Assembly: GCA_963678065.2 (NCBI GenBank)
Contig: CAXXVZ010000002.1
Coordinates: forward strand, 288,001 to 352,000
Length of the DNA stretch: 64,000 nt
From: Treponemataceae bacterium
GTDB lineage: Bacteria; Spirochaetota; Spirochaetia; Treponematales; Rectinemataceae
Direction: 5' to 3'
The translations under genes and the position numbers were made by a program. A model generated the notes under the pieces. It had not been told where the DNA came from. It made no database searches and was given only the letters and a program-made list of their open reading frames with translations. Below, piece after piece: positions 1 through 9,144 of the stretch. Within the stretch, counting starts at the first letter, position 1; every line of letters begins with the position of its first letter.

Positions 1-419
1 CCGCTTCCTCGATGGGGATCAACCTCCGCAAGGAAAAGCTGAAGGCTTTCGCCTTCGGGGCCGCCCTGGCGGGGGTCTCGGGCCTCCTGTACTCGTACGC
101 GATAAAATACCTTGAAGTCAGCTATTTTAGCCTCATGGGGCTCTCGTTCTTCCTCATGATGGTGGTCGGAGGCATCGGCAAGGTCTACGGGCCCCTGTTC
201 GGAAGCATTTTCCTGACCCTGCTTCCCCAGGTACTCGGAGGGAAGTTCAGCCAGCAGATGAATCTGGTGTACGGCTTCGTCCTCGTCTTTTTCATACTTC
301 TCGCTCCTGAGGGCTTCTACGGGATCTGGCGCCGCATCAGGAAGGCCCTCCGCGCCGGAAGGGGTTCGAAGGATGAAGTCGGGCCTGAAACCCGGCGCAG
401 AGAAGGAGGCGCGGCGTGA
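1..419 (+). CDS. livM: Branched-chain amino acid-type ABC permease (LivM-like), 5' truncated by window edge
   Basis: Hydrophobic ORF with KLKAFAFGAALAGVSGLLY and MMVVGGIGKVYGPLFGS motifs; stop overlaps next start (GTGA). Confidence 0.88.
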   Translation, partial: ASSMGINLRKEKLKAFAFGAALAGVSGLLYSYAIKYLEVSYFSLMGLSFFLMMVVGGIGKVYGPLFGSIFLTLLPQVLGGKFSQQMNLVYGFVLVFFILLAPEGFYGIWRRIRKALRAGRGSKDEVGPETRRREGGAA

Positions 420-1207
420 ACAGCGTGAAAGCGAATGCCGTCCTCGGCATCGAGGGGGTGTCGATCAGTTTCGGCGGCATCCAGGCCGTGGCAGAGCTGA
501 ATCTCGAAGTGCATGAGGGCGAGATCTTTTCCCTGATCGGCCCGAACGGAGCCGGGAAGACGACAGTCTTCAACATGATCAGCGGCTTCTACAAGCCCGA
601 CAAGGGAGCGATACGCTTCGGGGGCCGCGAGCTCGTGAGCCTCAAGCCGCACGAGATAGCCGCGCTCGGCGTCGGGCGCACCTTCCAGAATCTGGAGTTG
701 TTCTCCAAGATGAGCGTCCTCGAAAACCTGCTCATCGCCGAGCACCTGTTCACGCGGACCAATTTCTGGGGAGAGATTGCCGGTACTCCCCATGTGAAGC
801 GCGAAGAAAAACGCATAGAGGCGGAGGCCTTGGCGATCCTGCGCTTCCTCGACCTCGAAGATACCGCCTCGTCGCCGATCTCGGAGTTTCCGTACCCGGT
901 ACAGAAACGCATCGAACTCGCCCGCGCCCTCGCCCTGCGCCCCCGCCTGCTTCTGCTGGACGAACCGGCCGGCGGTCTGAACCGTGTGGAGACCACCGAG
1001 CTCGCGGGCATCATAAAACGCATCCGCGACGAGCGGGGGCTCACCATCCTTCTCGTCGAGCACGACATGTCGATGGTGATGAGCATCTCCGACAGGATCG
1101 TCGTCGTCGACCACGGCAGAAAAATAGCGGAAGGCAGGCCGGAAGCCATACAGAAAGACCCGAAGGTCATCGAGGCCTATCTCGGCAAGGGGGAGATCGA
1201 TGCTTGA
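416..1207 (+). CDS. livG: Liv-type ABC ATP-binding protein (LivG-like)
   Basis: Walker A GPNGAGKTT, GVGRTFQN, LLLLDEPAGG, VEHDM, C-terminal VIEAYLG. Confidence 0.93.
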   Translation: MNSVKANAVLGIEGVSISFGGIQAVAELNLEVHEGEIFSLIGPNGAGKTTVFNMISGFYKPDKGAIRFGGRELVSLKPHEIAALGVGRTFQNLELFSKMSVLENLLIAEHLFTRTNFWGEIAGTPHVKREEKRIEAEALAILRFLDLEDTASSPISEFPYPVQKRIELARALALRPRLLLLDEPAGGLNRVETTELAGIIKRIRDERGLTILLVEHDMSMVMSISDRIVVVDHGRKIAEGRPEAIQKDPKVIEAYLGKGEIDA

Positions 1208-1910
1208 GCTGAAGGAGGTATCCTGCTCGTACGGGAAAGTGCGGGCGCTGCGCGATTTCTCCCTGAAGATCGAAGAGGGTTCCATCGTGTCCATTCTGGG
1301 CGCGAATGGCGCGGGCAAATCGACCTGCCTCAGGGCGATCTCGCGCCTCGCAAAGCTTCAGTCCGGCCGCATTCTGTTTCAGGGCAAAGATATCACAGGC
1401 CTCGGGCCCTCAGAGGTCGTCCGGCTGGGACTCATCCAGGTTCCGGAAGGAAGAATGCTTTTCCCGCAACTCAACGTGGAAGAGAACCTGAACATGGGCG
1501 CGTATTGCAGGAAGGACCGGGAAGGCATCAGGAAGGACAAGGAAAAGATGTTCGGGTATTTCCCCATCCTGGAGCAGAGGCGGCGCCAGACAGCCGCGAC
1601 CCTGAGCGGCGGCGAGCAGCAGATGCTGGCCATAGCCCGGGGCCTCATGGCGAGGCCGAAGATTCTCCTCCTCGACGAGCCTTCGCTGGGCCTCGCGCCG
1701 GTGATCGTGGAGAACATATTCTCCTTCCTGCGCGAGCTGAAGAAGGCGGGCACGACGATTCTCCTCGTCGAACAGAACGCCGCGATGGCGCTGCGCATCG
1801 CGGACTCAGGCTATGTCCTCGAAACGGGCAGTCTGGCCATGTCGGGGCCGGCCTCCGAACTCCTGAAAGACAAAAAAGTGAGAGAATCATATCTCGGAAT
1901 CGGATCGTGA
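1200..1910 (+). CDS. livF: Liv-type ABC ATP-binding protein (LivF-like)
   Basis: GANGAGKST, QVPEGR, LSGGEQQMLAIARGLM, LLDEPSLGLAP, VEQN. Confidence 0.94.
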   Translation: MLELKEVSCSYGKVRALRDFSLKIEEGSIVSILGANGAGKSTCLRAISRLAKLQSGRILFQGKDITGLGPSEVVRLGLIQVPEGRMLFPQLNVEENLNMGAYCRKDREGIRKDKEKMFGYFPILEQRRRQTAATLSGGEQQMLAIARGLMARPKILLLDEPSLGLAPVIVENIFSFLRELKKAGTTILLVEQNAAMALRIADSGYVLETGSLAMSGPASELLKDKKVRESYLGIGS

Positions 1911-1965
1911 ACGTGGACGGGGGCCGTCGGCTCCCATGACACATACTGTGTTTACGGAGGAAATC

Positions 1966-3177
1966 ATGAGAAAAGGATTCGTGTGCGCGCTCGCGCTGTT
2001 TGTGGTTCTGGCGACGGCCTCGGTCTTCGCCGCGGGGAGCCCGGCGACGCCGGGCGTGACGGATGACAAAATCGTCATCGGTTACACCATGCCGATGTCG
2101 GGCGGGCTGGGGTACATGGGAAGTCAGACGGCCTACGCCACCGAGACCATCTTCGACAAGTACAACGCCCAGGGTGGAATCTACGGGCGGAAACTCGTTC
2201 TCGTGAAATACGACAGCGGAATGGACGCCGGCCAGGCCCTCGCGAATTACCGCAAGCTCATTCTCGAGGACAAGGTCTTCGCGGTTCTCTTCGGTTTCGG
2301 CTCCTTCGTCCGCCCCGCCTACTCCTTCTTCGAAGAGCAGAAAGTGCCCTGGCTCTTCCCCTGGGCCCCGCCCGAGGACGTGATGTTCCCGGCGCGCAAG
2401 TATCTGTTCAGCCTCTTCCCGACGACCGCCTCCCAGATGAAGGTCGAGGCAAACTGGATCGTCGACCAGAACAAGTGGAAGCGGCTCGCCTGCATCTACG
2501 GCGATTCGGCCTCGGGCAAGACCGGCCTCGACATGCTGAAGGAAATCCTCAAGGATTCTCCCGTCAAACTCGTCGCCGCCGAAGCCATCCCCAATGACGC
2601 GACTAGCGCCGCGGTCCAGGTGGCCAAGATAAGCCAGACCAATCCCGACATGGTGCTCATGATCGGCATGGTCCACCAGCCCGCCGCCGTGATCATCAAG
2701 GAGATCAAGAAAGTCGGACTCAAGACCGACATGATGGTGGCGATGTCCCTGATAGGGCCGACCATCCCGAAACTGCTCGAGGGAACCAATCTCGATGGGC
2801 TCTACGGAGCATGGTGGGGCGCGATCCAGTATCCGAACAGTCAGGCGACCGAGACCAAGCAGATGAAAGATCTCCGGATGCTCCTCATGAAGGCCCATCC
2901 CGAGATTTACAACGACTCGAATGTGGGTGGCAATGTCGAGCACGGCCTCAGCGTGGAAGTCTTCATCGAAGCCCTCAGAAGGGCCGGGAAGGATCTGACG
3001 CGGGAAGGCCTGATCAAGGCTCTCGAAACCATGAAAGCCTACGACACGGGCAAGGGGAATTTTGCGACCTTCTCCCCGACGCGGCGCGAGGGTATCGCGG
3101 GCGGCTTCGTGATCCAGATCCAGAAAGGCGACTGGGTACCGGTCAGCAAGTGGATCGATGTCGATGTAGGTCAATAA
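1966..3177 (+). CDS. Liv-family (type I PBP) ABC substrate-binding protein; ligand unknown
   Basis: GGAGG at 1956-1960 before ATG 1966; signal peptide; PGVTDDKIVIG, NAQGGIYGRKL, EALRRAGKDLTREGLIKALE. Confidence 0.9.
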   Translation: MRKGFVCALALFVVLATASVFAAGSPATPGVTDDKIVIGYTMPMSGGLGYMGSQTAYATETIFDKYNAQGGIYGRKLVLVKYDSGMDAGQALANYRKLILEDKVFAVLFGFGSFVRPAYSFFEEQKVPWLFPWAPPEDVMFPARKYLFSLFPTTASQMKVEANWIVDQNKWKRLACIYGDSASGKTGLDMLKEILKDSPVKLVAAEAIPNDATSAAVQVAKISQTNPDMVLMIGMVHQPAAVIIKEIKKVGLKTDMMVAMSLIGPTIPKLLEGTNLDGLYGAWWGAIQYPNSQATETKQMKDLRMLLMKAHPEIYNDSNVGGNVEHGLSVEVFIEALRRAGKDLTREGLIKALETMKAYDTGKGNFATFSPTRREGIAGGFVIQIQKGDWVPVSKWIDVDVGQ

Positions 3178-3207
3178 CCCGGATAGTCTGGATGGACTGA
3201 TGTGTGG

Positions 3208-3231
3208 CGGGGGCGCAAAAGCCCCCGTTTT
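3208..3231 (+). terminator. Intrinsic terminator/attenuating hairpin after the SBP gene
   Basis: CGGGGGC-gcaaaa-GCCCCCG followed by TTTT. Confidence 0.7.
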
Positions 3232-3288
3232 CACGCTCAAGGGACGACAGGTCCCGCCCTGAGGCAGGACGGGGAAAGGAGCTGACAG

Positions 3289-4383
3289 ATGCGAAAGGGA
3301 AATCCCTACCTCGGCGGTGGCCGGTACATTCAGAACAAAGGCGCCAGCACGCTGTTGGGCTCGGAGCTGAAGCGCCTCGGCGCGACGAGGGCCTTCATAC
3401 TCGGAGGGCACACGGCCCTTTCGATCGCGCTCGGCCGCATCGAACCCGGCCTGAATGAAGAGTCGATCGCGTACTCGGTCGAGGAATTCGCCGGCCACTG
3501 CACAATCGAAAAATGCGGCTCGCTCCGCGGGAAGGCCGCGGCCTTCGGCGCCGACATGATTGTCGGCATAGGCGGCGGCAAAGCCCTTGATACGGCCAAA
3601 ATGGTCGCCAACGGCATGAATCTCGGAGTGGTCACCATCCCGACATCGGCGGCCACCTGCGCGGCCTTCGCCGTCCTCAGCGTGATCTACGCCGCGAACG
3701 GCGATGTGCAGTACATCGCCTTCCTCGATCGCGAGGTACAGTGTGTCCTCGTCGATACCGACATCATGGTCTCCCATTGCCCTGCCAGAATGCTCGCCTC
3801 CGGAATCGCGGATGCGGTCGCGAAATATCCCGAGATCGCTTTCAGCATGGATTATTCCACGGATTGGGAGAAGTCGGTTCTCCCCTCGGCGGCGCTCACC
3901 CTTTCGAAATTCACCTGGGATCTCTTCGAAAAAACAGGGGCCAAAGCCATCGCCGACGTACGGAGTATGAAGCATTCCGCCGAAGTGGAGGATGTGCTGT
4001 GCACCAGCGTGGCTCTGACCGGGACCGTCTCCTCGCTCATCAGCGGAGGCCGGCAGCTGGCCGTCGCGCACACCTTCTACGACGGCGTCTGCAAGCATTT
4101 CAAGGCGCAGCAGAAACGTTTTCTCCACGGCGAAATCGTCTCCGCCGGCATACTCCTCCAGCTTCATGTCAACCGCGCGGAGCCGGAACAGATCGATCGG
4201 ACGAGAACCTTCCTGCGCTCGCTGGGAACGCCGGTCTCGCTTTTCGATCTCGGCATCGAACCGAGTCCCGGGAATATCGACCCCATTTTCACCTACATCC
4301 GGGACACGATGAATCTCGGGGAGGACTGGATGAACGGGCGGCTGCGCTCCGGGCTGGAAGGGATACTCGCGCGCCGGGACTGA
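3289..4383 (+). CDS. Iron-containing alcohol dehydrogenase, glycerol dehydrogenase-like
   Basis: GIGGGKALDTAK, IPTSAATCA, SGIADAVAK, AVAHTFYD, LHGEIV; AAGGAG RBS. Confidence 0.88.
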   Translation: MRKGNPYLGGGRYIQNKGASTLLGSELKRLGATRAFILGGHTALSIALGRIEPGLNEESIAYSVEEFAGHCTIEKCGSLRGKAAAFGADMIVGIGGGKALDTAKMVANGMNLGVVTIPTSAATCAAFAVLSVIYAANGDVQYIAFLDREVQCVLVDTDIMVSHCPARMLASGIADAVAKYPEIAFSMDYSTDWEKSVLPSAALTLSKFTWDLFEKTGAKAIADVRSMKHSAEVEDVLCTSVALTGTVSSLISGGRQLAVAHTFYDGVCKHFKAQQKRFLHGEIVSAGILLQLHVNRAEPEQIDRTRTFLRSLGTPVSLFDLGIEPSPGNIDPIFTYIRDTMNLGEDWMNGRLRSGLEGILARRD

Positions 4384-4459
4384 GGGGTCGGGACTGATGG
4401 GCCGGGACTGAGGGGTCGGGACTGATGGGCCGGGACTGAAGGGCCGAGACTGAGAGTTC
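4376..4459 (+). repeat. Tandem repeat, six 14-bp units, beginning across the dehydrogenase stop codon
   Basis: GGGACTGAGGGGTC / GGGACTGATGGGCC / GGGACTGAGGGGTC / GGGACTGATGGGCC / GGGACTGAAGGGCC / GAGACTGAGAGTTC. Confidence 0.95.
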
Positions 4460-4504
4460 CGGCTGCGCGGCCATGCGAACGCGATCTTTCCACGGAGGAC
4501 AAAC

Positions 4505-6967
4505 ATGCAAGCAGAAAGGCCCTTGCGGAAGGCCCGCTGGATATGGGTCGGGAAAACGATGCCGGAATCGGCCGGCCCCATCATCCGCCCCGCTTCCCCA
4601 TCGCCTGAAGATGTCAATCGCTACGCATATTTCCGCCTCGCCTTCGATCTCGATTCCCGAGCGATGCCCGCGACCGCCGTGATCCGCCTATCCGCCGACG
4701 GGCGCTACAAGCTCCGGGTCAACGGGAAACCGGCCTCCTCGGGGCCCCGGAGATCCACGGCTCTCATGAAGGAGGCGGACCGCGTCGACATCGCGTCCCT
4801 GCTGAGGCCGGGACGGAATGTCCTGGCGGCCCTGGTCCATACCTACGGCCGCGACACATCCTGGTACCAGATTCCCTTGCCGGACCAAAGAGCGCTGTTC
4901 GGCATCGGCGGATTTTTCTGCGAGGGGAGGATATGCGCGGATGATTCCTCCGGGAGGCTGAGCCACGGGGCCGTTCCGGAACCAATCCACCTCGACACAG
5001 GTCCGGAGTGGCGGTGCATGATGGCGACCGCCTGGGACCGCGAATCCCCCTTCCTCGGGATGGGTTTTCCGGAATGGTACGACGCGCGCGCCGAACCTTC
5101 GGGCTGGGATCTCCCTTCTTTCGACGATTCGGCCTGGGGCAGGCCGGTCGAACTCGTCGTGTCGGACCGGGGAAATGGTGCCGACCACGAACCCTTCCCC
5201 AACCTCGTGGATTCTTCGCCCTGCGTGGATCCGGTGCGGACGACAGTTTCGCTTCCGGAAGTGCTGGAAGTCCGCGGCGACGGGGAGCCGTGCCCCGTCG
5301 CTCTGCCCTGGCGCGCGTCCCCAGGACATCACCGGCTGATCGCGAGGTTTTGCGAATACTCGCTCGGATGCCTGGGCTTCGATATCGAACAGGCGGGAGA
5401 GCCGACCGGGGGCGGGAGTCGACTCTCCATCGCGACGGGAGAGCGCCTCGACGGGAACCGGCTCCACATACCGCCGGACATCGGCGGCATCGCGAACCGG
5501 GTCGACCATCGCTATGTGACAGGCGGGGGCAGACGCGAGTTCACTCTCTTCGAACCGACAGGCATGAAATATGCCCAGATCGAGGTTGAGGCCGGGAACG
5601 CTCCCCTGACACTTCACGGGCTCAGGCTCGTTGGGGAAACGAGGCCGGACCGGGGAGGATTCTTCGAGTGCTCCGATCCCGGACTGAACGCCATCTGGAA
5701 GGCCGGCTCCCGCACCGTGGCGCTGTGCACCATGGACACTATCGTCGATTGTCCCGGCAGGGAGCAGCGCGCCTGGCTGGGCGACGGGTATGTGAGCATC
5801 CTCGTCGGTCTGGTATCGCACGGACGCACGGAGGCCATGGCCAAATTCCTTTCCGATGCCGCGGCGGGGCAGCGCGGCGATGGCATGATCTGCGCGACTT
5901 CCTGCTGCGACCTCGCGGCCGACGGGACCGTGTATTGTCCCGATTTTGCGCTGCTCTGGCTTCTCTCCTGCGCGGAATACCACCGCTACACGGGCGACCG
6001 GGATCTGATTCTGCATCTTTTCCCGCAGATGGCGCGGCTTCTCCGGTGGTTCCTCCGTTATGTCGACGAAAGGAATCTGCTCGTCGACGTTCCCGGCTGG
6101 GTCTTCATCGAATGGGCGGGCGAATTGGAGAGAAAAGGAAGCCTTCTGGTTTTGAACGCGCTTTTCGCGGCCTCTCTCGACGCGGTGCGTGGCATGCTTC
6201 CCACGCTTTTCGACGGACTGCTGCCGGAAGCGAGGGGCCTGTCCGACAGAATCCGCGCGGCGATCGAACTCGATTTCTGGGACGAGGGTCGACAAGCCTA
6301 CAGGGATTCGCCGCGGCTGGAATCCCCGATCAGCCAGCAGGCGAATGCGGTGGCGCTCTGTTTCGGCGCGGCGCCCGACGAGAGGAGCGAAAGGGCCCTT
6401 TGCTCGATTCTGGATCAGGGCCGGGTCACTCTGACGAAAGCCTGGCGATGGGATGTCGACCGTCCCTTCGATCCCCGCAAGGGTGTCGTCATGGCGCAGC
6501 CGTTCTACGCGCGCTTCCTCCATCAGGCCCTGATGCTCCGCGGGCGCGCGGACGACCTGCTCGCGTCGATCCGGCGCTGGCTTCCCATGCTGGAAGACGG
6601 CGACACCTTCCGCGAATCCTGGCAACTGACCGCGGCGACGAGCATGTGCCACGGCTTCTCGTCCACTCCGACCTACGACCTTTCCACCTGTATTCTGGGG
6701 CTCTCGCCTGCCGTGCCGGGATTTTCGCGGGCCAGGCTGAAACCTTCGCTGTCTCCGGGCATCGCCTGGGCGAAAGGGGCCATTCCGACGCCTTTCGGGC
6801 TTCTGTGCGCCTCGTGGAGCACCGCGGACGAGGGCTGTTTCGATTGTACGGTCGATGTTCCCCGCGGGATAAGCCTCGAGGTCGAGGTGGACGGATTTGC
6901 TTCCGGGGATATCGTCGTGCGTGGGCCGGAAGTCCGCTCTTTCAGATTGCTGCGGTCCGGAGCCTAA
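4505..6967 (+). CDS. GH78 alpha-L-rhamnosidase-like glycoside hydrolase
   Basis: SADGRYKLRVNG N-terminal domain, FECSDPGLNAIW, DCPGREQRAWLGD, TFRESW, SMCHGFS, AKGAIPTPFG; GGAGG RBS. Confidence 0.88.
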   Translation: MQAERPLRKARWIWVGKTMPESAGPIIRPASPSPEDVNRYAYFRLAFDLDSRAMPATAVIRLSADGRYKLRVNGKPASSGPRRSTALMKEADRVDIASLLRPGRNVLAALVHTYGRDTSWYQIPLPDQRALFGIGGFFCEGRICADDSSGRLSHGAVPEPIHLDTGPEWRCMMATAWDRESPFLGMGFPEWYDARAEPSGWDLPSFDDSAWGRPVELVVSDRGNGADHEPFPNLVDSSPCVDPVRTTVSLPEVLEVRGDGEPCPVALPWRASPGHHRLIARFCEYSLGCLGFDIEQAGEPTGGGSRLSIATGERLDGNRLHIPPDIGGIANRVDHRYVTGGGRREFTLFEPTGMKYAQIEVEAGNAPLTLHGLRLVGETRPDRGGFFECSDPGLNAIWKAGSRTVALCTMDTIVDCPGREQRAWLGDGYVSILVGLVSHGRTEAMAKFLSDAAAGQRGDGMICATSCCDLAADGTVYCPDFALLWLLSCAEYHRYTGDRDLILHLFPQMARLLRWFLRYVDERNLLVDVPGWVFIEWAGELERKGSLLVLNALFAASLDAVRGMLPTLFDGLLPEARGLSDRIRAAIELDFWDEGRQAYRDSPRLESPISQQANAVALCFGAAPDERSERALCSILDQGRVTLTKAWRWDVDRPFDPRKGVVMAQPFYARFLHQALMLRGRADDLLASIRRWLPMLEDGDTFRESWQLTAATSMCHGFSSTPTYDLSTCILGLSPAVPGFSRARLKPSLSPGIAWAKGAIPTPFGLLCASWSTADEGCFDCTVDVPRGISLEVEVDGFASGDIVVRGPEVRSFRLLRSGA

Positions 6968-7989
6968 GACGACAGGCTTCCGAAAAACCGCAGGAAATTC
7001 AGGCCGGCGATCCCGGCGATCTCGGGTTCGGAAAAGCCCCGCTCCGAAAGGGCGCGGATTATCTTCGGAGAGTCGAAAAGGTTCTCGTAGCCAGCCATAT
7101 TTCCGGGCACGCCGTTAATATCGCTGCCGATCGCGAGATGTTCGGGACCCACGAGCCCGGCGCAGTGGGCCGCGTACCCGGCAAAAGTACCGAGATCGGG
7201 CACGCCCTTTCCTCCGCTGAAAAAGGGCCAGAGGCCGATGAGTCCTCCAGCCTGGGCGATTTCGCGCATGAGATCGTCACAGAGGTAGCGCGGGAAGTCC
7301 TGAAGGGAGCGCGGTCCGGTGTGGCTGCAGATCATGGGCGCGGTCGAGGCCGCCAGGGCGCCGGCGATGGTCTCGTCGTCCGCGTGGGCGAGATCGATGA
7401 TCAGGCCGAGCTTGTTGGCCCGCGCGATTACGGACCTGCCGAAATCCGACAGCCCCGTCCTCTCGGATTCCGGCACGATCTTCCCTCCCCAGCCGAAGGA
7501 AATCGAGCCGATCCGGTTCTTCGAGTAGTGGACGAGGCCGAGAAGCCTGACCCCGAGCCCGAAGACGAGGTCGAGCCGGTCTATATCCTCTCCGAGGAAA
7601 TCCCCGCCCTCGATGCCGGGGAGAAAAGACGAAACGCCCGCGGCCGCTGCGCCCTCCAGCCCGGCGGGATCGGAGACGACGATTCCCTTCGCCGCGGCCG
7701 CGGCTTTTTTGGCGGCTTCGAGCTGCCGCAACACGTTCCTGTAGGGGTCGACCTTTATCGGGAGAAAGGAATTCGGATCGCCCAGAACACAGAGGACGAA
7801 GCCGCTGACGCCGGTCGCCGGCAGATCGGCCAGAGCGACATCCGCGGGGATCGAATTTCCGGGTATGAGGCGCATGGCCTTCGGCAGGAGACCTTCGCGG
7901 TGTCCATGCACGTCGAAATAGAAGCCGACGGGAGGAGGAGCCGGCGGCAACTGCAAGCCCAATTCCTGTATGCGCTGTTCGATATCCAT
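6964..7989 (-). CDS. Membrane dipeptidase family (M19) amidohydrolase with a Rid-like N-terminal leader
   Basis: GIEGG, IIDLAH, CSHTG, RYLCDD, IGSDING, IAGLNFLRF; start placed at ATG 7989 because a promoter lies directly upstream. Confidence 0.82.
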   Translation of the reverse strand: MDIEQRIQELGLQLPPAPPPVGFYFDVHGHREGLLPKAMRLIPGNSIPADVALADLPATGVSGFVLCVLGDPNSFLPIKVDPYRNVLRQLEAAKKAAAAAKGIVVSDPAGLEGAAAAGVSSFLPGIEGGDFLGEDIDRLDLVFGLGVRLLGLVHYSKNRIGSISFGWGGKIVPESERTGLSDFGRSVIARANKLGLIIDLAHADDETIAGALAASTAPMICSHTGPRSLQDFPRYLCDDLMREIAQAGGLIGLWPFFSGGKGVPDLGTFAGYAAHCAGLVGPEHLAIGSDINGVPGNMAGYENLFDSPKIIRALSERGFSEPEIAGIAGLNFLRFFGSLSS

Positions 7990-7995
7990 GGGCGG

Positions 7996-8024
7996 ATTGT
8001 AGCCGGGTGGATCGCGGAGCTCAA
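7996..8024 (-). promoter_or_regulatory. Sigma70-type promoter, leaderless configuration
   Basis: TTGAGC-17 bp-TACAAT-6 bp-ATG(7989), no Shine-Dalgarno. Confidence 0.65.
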
Positions 8025-8084
8025 GGCGCCGCGGGCGCGCATGCGCCGCCATCGATTCCGGGATCGATATGGCCGACGATACGC

Positions 8085-9065
8085 TCAGACGGCGAGGATA
8101 GCCGCCGCCTGGATCGACGAAAACAGCCCCCTCCCAGGCCGCCAGCCTCCGAGGTACTTCCCCCCGCCAGGCGAGAAAACCAGGAGCTGCTCCCCCTTGT
8201 CGCCTTGATCCGGCCCGTGGCCTTGCCAGTTGACGACGAGGAGATTTCCACCCGGAAGCTCGCAAAAGTCGCAATAGAAGAAGGGCCGCGTCTCTTCCGG
8301 CGAGCGGATGCTCCGGATATGGCGCCCTTCGGAATCGAAGACCTGGAGTTCCGCCTGGTAGCCCGAGGCGACGAAGAACTCGCCGGGAGCCGATCCCCCG
8401 GAGATCGATTTTACAGCCTTCCACGCGTGGGGCTCCGCGAGGGTTGTGGAAATCTCGAATCGAGAGAGTACCTTACCTGACAGGTCGACTTCGAGGACGA
8501 AGCGGTTGGACGTCAGCATCAGAGCCAGCGTGCCGGATGACGGGTGACGCGCGAGGCGGACGAGCCTCACATACTCATATCCGGGGACGCGGAGCGTCCG
8601 GGCGACGGAGCCGTCTTTGTCGACGAAACGCAGGACGATGGCCGGTTCCGCGGGCCCGCCCCCGCCCCCTCCCGAATCTCCCGCTCTGGCCTCCTTATAG
8701 CTGCATTCTTCGGGATCACCCGCTTCTGCGCCATGTTCTATGGCTTCGGCGTCATGTTCTATGGAAGAGAGCAGCGTGATCCCGCCTTCGAGGCGGCAGG
8801 CCGTCATGGTTCCGGGAAAGCCGGTCTCCGCGCGCAGAAGCCCGCCTGTCCGCGCGTCGCGCTCCTCGTAGCCCGATCCGGTTCCGATCACGATCGCGCC
8901 GGCTTCGTCGACCTGGAGATCCCGCCCGGGAGGGACGGGCACGCTCCAGAGTGCGCGGAAGTTCTCCTCCGGAACGACCCGGTGGAGCATGCCGAGCCCT
9001 TCGTCCCGCAGGATGAGGTGCATTCCTCGGAGACTTTGGACAATTTCCGCCATGCCCGGCATCAT
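8085..9065 (-). CDS. Uncharacterised probable beta-propeller protein
   Basis: Repeated blade-like motifs (VLEVDLSGKV, LQVFDSEGRHI, LLVFSPGGG), HAWKAV and GNLLVVNWQGHG; downstream of the GH88 gene on the same strand. Confidence 0.6.
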   Translation of the reverse strand: MMPGMAEIVQSLRGMHLILRDEGLGMLHRVVPEENFRALWSVPVPPGRDLQVDEAGAIVIGTGSGYEERDARTGGLLRAETGFPGTMTACRLEGGITLLSSIEHDAEAIEHGAEAGDPEECSYKEARAGDSGGGGGGPAEPAIVLRFVDKDGSVARTLRVPGYEYVRLVRLARHPSSGTLALMLTSNRFVLEVDLSGKVLSRFEISTTLAEPHAWKAVKSISGGSAPGEFFVASGYQAELQVFDSEGRHIRSIRSPEETRPFFYCDFCELPGGNLLVVNWQGHGPDQGDKGEQLLVFSPGGGKYLGGWRPGRGLFSSIQAAAILAV

Positions 9066-9144
9066 ATCGCGGCCCGCCTCGCGCGAGCGATTCTCGTCTT
9101 CGTCGCTGTCATGCCGGAGCCCCCTTCAGCCCTTCGCGCCGCGC

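Noticed and set aside
4376..4459. Possible CRISPR array
   Set aside because: Units are 14 bp and contiguous with no unique spacers, and no cas genes are present.
1645..4617. 990-aa minus-strand ORF and similar long shadow ORFs (e.g. 5668-8208, 40259-42313, 49759-52257, 53401-55860, 58994-61045)
   Set aside because: They overlap well-supported genes in antisense or alternate frames, carry no recognisable motifs, and are expected in GC-rich DNA.
7990..8424. N-terminal extension of the dipeptidase given in the ORF track (486 aa)
   Set aside because: It overlaps the upstream gene on the same strand, is low-complexity Arg/Gly-rich, and a promoter sits directly before ATG 7989.
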